Source: Pecten maximus (Eukaryota). Taken from it: a DNA stretch of 64,000 nt. Position numbers and translations under genes: made by a program. The stretch lies in contig NC_047019.1 of NCBI RefSeq assembly GCF_902652985.1, positions 4,588,001-4,652,000 of the forward strand. Direction: 5' to 3'. The notes beneath the pieces were generated by a model. It was not told where the DNA came from and did no database searches. It was given only the letters and a program-made list of their open reading frames with translations. The first letter of the stretch is position 1. Every line of letters begins with the position of its first letter. Shown one piece after another: positions 53,213-61,735 of this stretch.

Positions 53213-54020
53213 TGTCACACGAGTAGTATAATATGTGGGTATTTCTTCAATTATGCACAAACAATGTTCAAATGAAGCACAGTTTATTTAACATAAACAC
53301 AGACACACACACGGAGACAGTGACCTGAAATAAAAAGAACAATACCTAAAATACATACGGACACGTGTAAACGATGCCGACAATTACATTATTCAATACT
53401 TAACGCATTAAATATTCATTTAGGTATATTTTATATGTTTATATTATATTCTATTTTATTCCATAGTTACACTTTTACAATAAACAATTATAATACATTA
53501 TTTTTACAATAGCTTTGACCCTATGGAGCCCGACCACGTGTACGTCATATGTAAAATATTTTAACATATTAAGGGCAAGATATTTAAAATGCAAATATAT
53601 TAGTTTAATGTATTTTATATATCAAATAGCTAAAATACATTAAATATGTATTTATATTATTATTTTAAATTAAATAAACTTACCTAGAAGCACTGTGGCC
53701 GTAAAGCACACAGGCTTATACCAGACGTGTATGTTGGTGCAGGGTCTATAGCCGTTGTGGCTGCACTCACCTGGGCAAGGCCCAGGTAAAGTTTTCCACG
53801 TGCACGGGTATAGGGTCATGCAGGGTCAAAGTGACACACTCAACCAATCCTTGCGCTCACCTCTCATACGTCACCATAACAACTATATACACAGGTACAT
53901 AGGACATTATATGACACAGGGACTTGTACAAACATTATACACGATACACAGCGCAAGTATTTATACACACTTTACATGTACAGGTGTTGGTCAGACTATT
54001 AAAGTTTGACCACCGTGACA
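53213..54020 (-). repeat. 3' LTR
   Basis: Direct repeat of 61736-62543 with two substitutions seen by eye; adjacent to the PPT. Confidence 0.97.
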
Positions 54021-54031
54021 TTCTCCCCTGC
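54021..54031 (-). other. Polypurine tract
   Basis: GCAGGGGAGAA immediately 5' of the 3' LTR on the element strand. Confidence 0.9.
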
Positions 54032-54124
54032 AAAGGAAAATGACTCCTGGCATTTCAACTAATATATCAACCACAATGGTTGAATCTACTAATAATATAA
54101 AAGAATGAGCAGCTAATTATCTAA

Positions 54125-54175
54125 TATCCAAGTGATTGGGGCAATCCCTACCTACGAGGAATACAAGATAACTGC
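54125..54175 (-). other. Putative structured cis-acting RNA element, copy A (3' UTR)
   Basis: 49/51 nt identical to 59917-59967; folds into a bulged long stem-loop on the element strand. Confidence 0.6.
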
Positions 54176-54503
54176 TCATATAACACTATAGAATGAAAAA
54201 TCTAAAATTAACATCTGTATAAAATGAAATTATCACCTTGGCCAGTGTCCCAAGGTAATATAATTATATATTCCATAACTACTTAGAGATTTTCTCCCCT
54301 GCCATGTGGAACAAAGCTTTCCTGATGTGAATATTAATCTTTTACTTTATAATTGAATGTAAATTACAATTATGCTACAGTTTCTACTTACTTAATGGTA
54401 AACCATAAGGTAATACACACAAGTAGCTGTAGAGATTAAATATTAATTTCACAATTTGAAGTAAACTTTGTCCACCACGACATTCTCCCACTGCTCTGAG
54501 TAT

Positions 54504-57500
54504 CTAGACGTAGACTTCAGCTCCAGAATTGGACGGTACCAAGGTTCCCATGAGCCATTCCCCATACAAGTTAGGAGATTTACAGACTCGCCTGGGCCTT
54601 ACAGCTGGTATCGAGTCTTGTGTCTGACCTTCACTGCCTGCAGTGTTGGAATTTCGACACACACCCTTATTACCCTGTTTCGGAGAATCCCCTGAACCAA
54701 CAGTATGTGGTTGCACTGGCTGTCGCGACTCAGCAACAGTGCGTCTGGGTCTCCTAGCAGGAATAACATATCTGGGTGTTTGACTCCCATCCTCATCTGA
54801 GCTATCAGAGTCAGTAGTTGAGGAGGAACTCTCAACTAACTCTATTCCGGCATTCTGATGATTTCGGGTTGTCTCCCTTGGTTCCTGGGCACCCGCTGTT
54901 CTGGGTAACCACATGAAAGGGAGGAGCAGGTTCCTATGTACAGTTTTTATAGGTCCCTTTCCCGACTCTTTCTGGATCTTGTATACAGGCATATCAACAT
55001 TTGGCACACTAAGGATAATGTAGGGATCCTTAGCCCATTTATCTGCCAACTTTTGCTTGCCACATATACCAACGTTCCTCATCAGAACCCGGTCTCCTAC
55101 TTCTAAGGTAGCTTCTCTAACCCCCCTATCATACCTATCTTTGTACCGCTTACCCTTCCTTTCACTTTCAGCCGAGGCAGCTTTGTAGGCAAAGTCTAAC
55201 CGACGCTTAAGTTTCTGGGCATAATTCTGACGACTCCCTACAGTCTCAGAACTGGTATCGATGCCAAGAAATGCATCTACACCAAGTCTCGGGTGCCAAC
55301 CAAACATTAAGTAATGAGGAGAATATCCTGTGGTCTCATGTTTTGTTGCATTGTATGCATGAACAAGAGGAGCCACATAGGATTTCCAACTGGATTTTTG
55401 TTCTTCCTCCATAGTACCTAACATTTTCAACAGTGTTTGGTTGAACCGTTCGACCATGCCATTGCCCATAGGATGGTAAGGGGTAGTTCTGGTTTTCTCC
55501 ACTCCAGCTATCTTGCAAAGTTCTTTGATAACTTTGCTTTCAAAATTCCTGCCCTGGTCACTATGAATACGGGCAGGAAAGCTGTAGTGGACCATAAATT
55601 GTTCGTACAACACCCTGGCGGTGGTACTCGCTAATTGGTTCCTGGTTGGAATTGCTTGGGCATAGCGGGTGAAATGGTCAGTGATAACAAGCACGTTTTC
55701 GTAGCCCCCCTTTGACCTTTCTAAGGTCAAATAGTCAATGCAGAGAAGCTCCATTGGACGGGAACTTTGGATATTGACTAACTCTGCACTTGGGACAGTA
55801 GGGGTTTTTCTACGAACACACCTACCACAGCTTTCAACCCAACTATTCACCTCAGCATCAAGGCCTGGCCAGAAAAACCTTCGCCTTGCCAACCAGTTTG
55901 TACGGTCACGTCCCTGATGACCGACATCTTCATGCACTCCCCTGAGGACTTTCTCCCTATATGCCTTGGGAATGACTAACTGTTGAACAGGGTCACCATC
56001 TACTGTGGTGTTTCTATACAGAACACCCTTAAGTAGCCTCAACAGCCGCCACTCCCGCATATATTGACACACCTCCTCAGGTTCGTGTTTCAATATCTTT
56101 TTATCAGGTCGAATCCCCTCCCTGACAAAATCTATCACCCTCCTAAGATGTTTATCTAAGGACTGTTGTTTTTCCCAATCCACACCAGAGAGTTTTACAT
56201 TCCCTATATTTAGGGTGTTGTTCTCCGGTTCTAGGGATGATGTATTTGAGAGTACAACAGTTTCTGCTAAAGGCAACTCCTCTCTAGTGGACAAAGAAGC
56301 ACAGGTAACTGCTCTCACTACATCTGGGAAAACTTCCTCTTGCTGATACGGTCGTCTTGACAACCCGTCAGCATCCCCATTGAGACGGCCCGCTCTATAA
56401 ACTAATTTAAAGTTATAGTTTGAGAGTGAGGCTAACCACCTATGACCTGCTGCGTCCAGCTTCGCTGTGGTCGTCACATAGGTTAGAGGGTTGTTATCTG
56501 TACGTACCTCAAAAGTGTTGCCATACAGGTAATCATGGAACTTGTCAGTGAGTGCCCATTTGAGACAAAGAAATTCCAACTTATGAGCTGGGTAGTTTCT
56601 TTCACTCGGACGTAAACCTCGACTGGCAAACGCAATCACCCTTTCATGGCCCCCTTGATTCTGGTACAGCACAGCACCTAAACCTTCTACAGAGGCATCT
56701 GTGTTAACAATGAAAGGCTTGGTGAAGTCTGCATATGCTAACACAGGTGGAGAAGCTAGAAGACTGACTATGGTATCGAAAGCCTTCTGCTGACTATCCC
56801 CCCATACCCAGGGAATCTTTTTCTTTGGCCCCTTAACATTTTTGTGGGTACAGTGTCCAACAAGAAGATCATTTAAAGGTTTTATGATTTTTGCATAATC
56901 CTTAATGAACCTCCTGTAGTACCCTGTGAAACCTAGAAATGAGCGTAGCGTCTTGACATTGACAGGTTCTGGCCATGTCTTCAACGCCGCAAGTTTATCT
57001 GGGTCAGTTTGAATTCCTTCCTCAGAAACAATGTGCCCCAGATAGCACACTTGAGACTTAAAGAATTCACATTTGGAGGGCTTTAGCTTTAAGCCGTGTT
57101 TTTCAAGCCGTTCAAACACACCCTCCAGTCTTTTGAGGTGTTCCTCAAAGGTGTCTGAAAATATGAGAATGTCATCCAGGAAAATTAAACATTCCTTAAG
57201 ATGGCTTTCACCCATACAAGCTTGCATCAATCTTTGAAAAGTTGCTGGCGCATTAGTTAGACCAAATGCCATGCGGTTACATTCAAAGAAACCTAGTGGT
57301 CCGACAGAAAAAGCTGTCTTTGCCTTGTCCTCCTCCTTGATCTCGACTTGCCAGTATCCAGACCTCAGGTCCAGCTTACTGAAGTATCTTGATCCAATTA
57401 AGGAGTCCAAGGTTTCCTCCACCCTAGGTAGGGTGTAGGCATCCTTAATGGTTTTCCCATTGAGTTTACGCAAATCAATGCAAAATCTTAGGGACCCATC

Positions 57501-58646
57501 TTTCTTTCGAACGAGGACCACATTCGAACAGTAGGGACTGTGAGACTCTCTGATAGCGTCAGACTCCATCATCTCCTTAAGATGTTGTCTCACTTCCTCA
57601 TACATCCCTGGTGGAATACGACGATATGGTTCCTTAAATGGAACATCGTCTGAGAGTTTTATCTCGTGTTGCACCAAGTCTGTCTTTCCCAAATCCTTTG
57701 AGGATGTGGAGAAAATATGCTGCCACTTGCCCAGTATCTGGTATGCTCTCTCCAACTGTTCAGGAGAGAGGTTGTCCTTGTTTACTGAGACCCCCAGTTT
57801 GTCCCACCATTCCCCCTCCACCTGATCCTTAGAGGATTCAGTATCATCTTTGTCAGAGGGTTCTGGGGACCACCTGTCCATTACCTTTACATCTGTTAGA
57901 GTACACAAAGGTGATTTTGGAGAGATAGTAATTGACTCTGTAGAGAGATTACAGATCCGGACTGGTATACGTTTGAGTCTACCAGGTGCGCATTCCAGCG
58001 ACACTACCCTTGGACATACCACCAGGTTCCCGGATTGCAGTGAGCTGTCCTGTTCTGTCACAGCTGTACTAAAGTTCCCCACCTTGCGTACCAACCCATG
58101 GACAGTCTTTACCTGGTTTGGACCTATGGACACTGGGTATGTATTGGCAGATTTCACCACCATGGGATTATTGACACACAAACTGTCAACAGCAGACTGC
58201 CAAGCATCTGGAAAAGTAGAATCAGAGCTAGCCTGTTGTATATCCCTACACATACGTATAATATTTGTGCCAACAATAACAGGAACTTGTCTGTTATAGT
58301 TGGTCATCGGTGTTACCAATATAGGTACACACATCACGCAATCAGACAGAAATGGAATACTGACATCTGCCTCAATATATCCCAAGTATGGTAACTTGGA
58401 CCCACCTGCTCCGAATACCTGAAGATCAAAATCTTTGATATCCATCAGAACAGGCCTGGGGTTCAGAGATTTATAACAATTCTCTGAAATGCAAGTGATC
58501 ATAGAGCCACTATCAATGAGAGCAGAATGTGTCTTCCCCCCTATTATGATCTGGTCAATATTTGAGCTACCAACCATTCGTTCATACAGGGTACTGTCTG
58601 TAGCGGTATTGTTACTTGGGCCATTCCTACCTTCACCACCCCCCAT
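54504..58646 (-). CDS. pol: Pol polyprotein (aspartic protease, reverse transcriptase, RNase H, integrase)
   Basis: ALIDSGS protease motif; RT motifs LRFCIDLRKLN, DLRSGYWQ, MAFGLTNAPATFQ, FLDD; RNase H TDAS...HKLEFL...TDNNPL; integrase HHCC (HEDVGH...CGRC) and D-D-E (CIDY, HSDQG, VERFN); uninterrupted 1380 aa. Confidence 0.97.
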   Translation of the reverse strand: MGGGEGRNGPSNNTATDSTLYERMVGSSNIDQIIIGGKTHSALIDSGSMITCISENCYKSLNPRPVLMDIKDFDLQVFGAGGSKLPYLGYIEADVSIPFLSDCVMCVPILVTPMTNYNRQVPVIVGTNIIRMCRDIQQASSDSTFPDAWQSAVDSLCVNNPMVVKSANTYPVSIGPNQVKTVHGLVRKVGNFSTAVTEQDSSLQSGNLVVCPRVVSLECAPGRLKRIPVRICNLSTESITISPKSPLCTLTDVKVMDRWSPEPSDKDDTESSKDQVEGEWWDKLGVSVNKDNLSPEQLERAYQILGKWQHIFSTSSKDLGKTDLVQHEIKLSDDVPFKEPYRRIPPGMYEEVRQHLKEMMESDAIRESHSPYCSNVVLVRKKDGSLRFCIDLRKLNGKTIKDAYTLPRVEETLDSLIGSRYFSKLDLRSGYWQVEIKEEDKAKTAFSVGPLGFFECNRMAFGLTNAPATFQRLMQACMGESHLKECLIFLDDILIFSDTFEEHLKRLEGVFERLEKHGLKLKPSKCEFFKSQVCYLGHIVSEEGIQTDPDKLAALKTWPEPVNVKTLRSFLGFTGYYRRFIKDYAKIIKPLNDLLVGHCTHKNVKGPKKKIPWVWGDSQQKAFDTIVSLLASPPVLAYADFTKPFIVNTDASVEGLGAVLYQNQGGHERVIAFASRGLRPSERNYPAHKLEFLCLKWALTDKFHDYLYGNTFEVRTDNNPLTYVTTTAKLDAAGHRWLASLSNYNFKLVYRAGRLNGDADGLSRRPYQQEEVFPDVVRAVTCASLSTREELPLAETVVLSNTSSLEPENNTLNIGNVKLSGVDWEKQQSLDKHLRRVIDFVREGIRPDKKILKHEPEEVCQYMREWRLLRLLKGVLYRNTTVDGDPVQQLVIPKAYREKVLRGVHEDVGHQGRDRTNWLARRRFFWPGLDAEVNSWVESCGRCVRRKTPTVPSAELVNIQSSRPMELLCIDYLTLERSKGGYENVLVITDHFTRYAQAIPTRNQLASTTARVLYEQFMVHYSFPARIHSDQGRNFESKVIKELCKIAGVEKTRTTPYHPMGNGMVERFNQTLLKMLGTMEEEQKSSWKSYVAPLVHAYNATKHETTGYSPHYLMFGWHPRLGVDAFLGIDTSSETVGSRQNYAQKLKRRLDFAYKAASAESERKGKRYKDRYDRGVREATLEVGDRVLMRNVGICGKQKLADKWAKDPYIILSVPNVDMPVYKIQKESGKGPIKTVHRNLLLPFMWLPRTAGAQEPRETTRNHQNAGIELVESSSSTTDSDSSDEDGSQTPRYVIPARRPRRTVAESRQPVQPHTVGSGDSPKQGNKGVCRNSNTAGSEGQTQDSIPAVRPRRVCKSPNLYGEWLMGTLVPSNSGAEVYV

Positions 58647-58666
58647 TTGCCCTACAACAGGGGAGG

Positions 58667-59842
58667 TTACTCTTTTGGCTCAGACTTACCTGTTGAGGAC
58701 TTCTGGGTATTACCATTTTTTTGTTTCTGGTAAGTATTGCCGCGTCCAGCATTACCTTTATTTTGGTATGCCCCAGACTTACCAGTACCCTCAAGTTTCT
58801 TTTCGAGAGAATTGATTTTGCTCATCAAGGCACTTACCTGCTCACTGAGCTTGTCAAGCTTTTTATCACTCTCCGAAACTTGTATAGGGCTGTGTTGGGC
58901 TTTAGCCTTTGTAGGCTTATTGGCCGCTTTCTGTGCTGGGTTGAGCTCTAGGTCTACCGCTCTAACCTCCCTCAACAGCAAGTCGTATGACTTAATAGAG
59001 TCATACTTGTGACGCGTCTGGCCTTTCAATCTGTCGCAGCGCAAGCCAGTCCAAAATTTGGATCGGATCATGTCATCCCTGGCTGAAGGGCTTACATGTC
59101 CACTGTTTATGGCAAGCTGCAACAGTGCCTCTAGTCTGCACCCGAATGCGGTGACAGATTCACCTTCTTTCTGTGTAGCAGAATAGAACTGCTGTAATAC
59201 AACTTCATTAGAAGCTACATTACCAAAGAAGGTGTCCAACTTTTTCAGAACTTCATCCAAAGTTGCCATAGGACCTAAAGGTATAAGAGTCTGACGAGCG
59301 ATACCCCTGAGTGATTTCCTTATAGCCTGAAGAACAAGCTCTTCGGACAGGGTGCTGTCAGATGCTAGACACCTGACCTCGTATCGCCATCCCTCATATG
59401 TGGTTTCACCACGTTGAGGTGACTCATCTCCTGAAAATGAGGAGATTTTCGGAACCTGGGGTAAAAGGTGTGTATTCCTATTCAGCGATGGAGTTAGAGG
59501 AACCCCATATCCTCCCCCCAGACCCGAAAATGGAGAATCATTAGATATAGGAGGTAAAGGAGTACTGGTATTCCCCCCATCCCCAAGTCCAGCGAAATCA
59601 AATTTTAATGAACCTTGGGCCCCTACCATACCTTTGTCACTGCTCGCAGATTTAACATTAACAGGAGCTTGTGACACAGCAGGAGTTTTGATAGAGCCAG
59701 GATCTCTTACACTCAGCATGCTATCATACTCCATCTTGGTAAATAGGACATAGTCACTATTCTGGCGCAGAAGGCTAGCCATGAGGTCATAGTCTGCCTG
59801 CTCCAAGTTGGAGGTTCCTGCTGGTGGCTTTGAGTCTGCCAT
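58667..59842 (-). CDS. gag: Gag (PNMA/Ma-like capsid), no CCHC knuckle
   Basis: PKISSFSG...YEGWRYEV...IRKSLRG...QQFYSATQKEGESVTAFGCRLE is typical of PNMA-type Gypsy capsids; a coiled-coil and a K/G/N-rich tail follow. Confidence 0.92.
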   Translation of the reverse strand: MADSKPPAGTSNLEQADYDLMASLLRQNSDYVLFTKMEYDSMLSVRDPGSIKTPAVSQAPVNVKSASSDKGMVGAQGSLKFDFAGLGDGGNTSTPLPPISNDSPFSGLGGGYGVPLTPSLNRNTHLLPQVPKISSFSGDESPQRGETTYEGWRYEVRCLASDSTLSEELVLQAIRKSLRGIARQTLIPLGPMATLDEVLKKLDTFFGNVASNEVVLQQFYSATQKEGESVTAFGCRLEALLQLAINSGHVSPSARDDMIRSKFWTGLRCDRLKGQTRHKYDSIKSYDLLLREVRAVDLELNPAQKAANKPTKAKAQHSPIQVSESDKKLDKLSEQVSALMSKINSLEKKLEGTGKSGAYQNKGNAGRGNTYQKQKNGNTQKSSTGKSEPKE

Positions 59843-59916
59843 CTCAGACTAAATACAAATATAAAAACTACAAATTAATATATGTAAACAATGAACTAAG
59901 CAGTGAATATATCAAG

Positions 59917-59967
59917 TATCCAAGTGATTGGGACAATCCCTACCTACGAGGAATACAAGACAACTGC
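59917..59967 (-). other. Putative structured cis-acting RNA element, copy B (between SGNH ORF and gag)
   Basis: 49/51 nt identical to 54125-54175. Confidence 0.6.
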
Positions 59968-60019
59968 ATACAAGTATATCACCAGTAAACTCAAGTATGT
60001 AGAATTGTATGTATGATAT

Positions 60020-60742
60020 TTACACACAATAAGTACAAATTGAAACAACAAGTCTTTTCATCCAACACCTAGCTAGTAGAGGACTAGGATGGATCCCATC
60101 CTTGTACAGACTAAAATTCAATGAGATCCGGGACTTATCCTGGTTTCTCGACTTCCTGTACCTAACTAAGTCTAACCTAAGATGAGGTGAACAGACTTGA
60201 GATCTAGTATTGACCTCTGTCAGGAAGCTGTTCAATTCCAACACTCTCTCATTTAGAATGAGATCTTGAGTTTGGAATGAATCAGGGTTTGGATGCCCCT
60301 TGGATTTATTCCACTCTTGTATAGAGTATGAGGGGATTTCCAAAAATAATAACTGTACAGTAGGAAATTGGGACACTATGGAAATAAACTTGTTAATTTC
60401 AAACTGCAAATCCGAACTAGCAGATATAGAAGTCTGATGTCGTAAACTAATGAATTTCCCTTGCTTTACTGTGAGGTCACATGTACCTAACCACACATAT
60501 AAAACAATATTTGGATATGAACTAACCCTAATTGGAAGTTCAGTTTCCAACCAGCGAAGGAAATGTATAAAGCGACCACCTGGTTGGCAATGGAACTCAA
60601 GACTACAGTCTAAGTGCTGTAGCAAATCCAAATGCCTTTTCAGGTAAAATCCCTTACTACTAGTAAGAAGTATAGGTTTCTTCCTTATAGTAACATTAGG
60701 AACAGCTTTATCAATAAATTTCTGGAGCTTACTACAACTCAT
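60020..60742 (-). CDS. SGNH/GDSL hydrolase (esterase)-like protein, 240 aa, carried inside the LTR element
   Basis: Motifs in canonical order and spacing: block I ILLTSSKG (GDS-like, Ser kept), block II PGG, block III VWLGTCDL (GxND-like), block V YKDGIHP (DxxH). Intact ATG-to-TAA ORF between the PBS and gag. Confidence 0.8.
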   Translation of the reverse strand: MSCSKLQKFIDKAVPNVTIRKKPILLTSSKGFYLKRHLDLLQHLDCSLEFHCQPGGRFIHFLRWLETELPIRVSSYPNIVLYVWLGTCDLTVKQGKFISLRHQTSISASSDLQFEINKFISIVSQFPTVQLLFLEIPSYSIQEWNKSKGHPNPDSFQTQDLILNERVLELNSFLTEVNTRSQVCSPHLRLDLVRYRKSRNQDKSRISLNFSLYKDGIHPSPLLARCWMKRLVVSICTYCV

Positions 60743-61720
60743 AACCTATTGCGGTTTCAGAGTATACGAATACAAAATGATACTAAACCTGTAACTGTAA
60801 CTACAACATACAAAAATAGTATGAGTAGGGACAATATCTAAGTTATTAGAATATAAAATACACTGCGCTGACATAAAACACAAAGGACAGATACACCATT
60901 TACAAACCCATCTCTGGCATCTTCCTCCCACTCTCAGCCTTCTTAGTATTCCCCTTCCGCTACAGTGCAGTGCAATGTGTGCAAGGTTAGTGGTTCAGAA
61001 TTGTTAGCTGGGAAGCAAGCATGCAAGATATAAATATCTTATAGTTTTGTAAATAAGTATCACAGTTAAGTTTAAACTTAAGAAATATATGTTTAAATAT
61101 TGTAAATGTTTAAATTCCTTAATAAATAAACCGATTTACGCGATATATTTAAATATATTGAAATATCGGCGTTATTTTTACATTTACATTTAATAATATA
61201 TTTTACCATAAATGTTTAAAATTCACTGATTTGATTTATGTCTACAATTATAGACTGACAAGATATAAACGTCCTGAAAATAAACATCATACATGAAACA
61301 AATGAATAATAAATGAATAATCAATAGTATCACAGTGTTACAAATGTTCAAATGACAAGATATCTAGCAATTAAATTTAAAGTCAGTTCATATAAAACGC
61401 GAACGAAAAATGTCAACAGTCACTGGAAACGGATCCGCACTGGACGACACAGAAAATGTTACAATTAATCCATCGGCGACAGCAGGAAACGAACCATGGA
61501 CGACGAAGAAACGATGACAGGACTATGATAATCAATAAATCACACAGTCATGACGAAGTAACGAGACGAAAACAGTTGACGAACAGCAAACACCATCACC
61601 GGAAGCACATGTTGTCGTTGCTCCAGAGTGATCTCCCCTGATCATGTCATCCGGTTATCACGTGATCACCCACGTGGTAAAACGTGGGCGTACGATGCCA
61701 CTGCCTCCGTAAAAGAAATT

Positions 61721-61734
61721 CACGTTGGGCGCCA
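61721..61734 (-). other. Primer-binding site for tRNA-Lys(CUU) (Lys1,2-type)
   Basis: TGGCGCCCAACGTG one base after the 5' LTR matches the first 14 nt of the classic Lys1,2 PBS TGGCGCCCAACGTGGGGC. Confidence 0.9.
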
Positions 61735-61735
61735 A

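Noticed and set aside
53755-54009. 84-aa ORF repeated in both LTRs (also 62278-62532)
   Set aside because: TTG start, antisense to the element, duplicated only because the LTR is.
54125-54175. HDV-like, hammerhead or twister ribozyme, or SECIS, identity for the duplicated stem-loop
   Set aside because: UUCCUCG resembles HDV L3, but P1/P2/P3 and J4/2 cannot be built. No CUGAnGA/GAAA core and no AUGA/GA quartet; left as an unknown motif.
60746-60931. 61-aa Cys-rich ORF in frame and upstream of the SGNH ORF
   Set aside because: GTG start, separated from the SGNH ORF by TAG, no recognisable motif.
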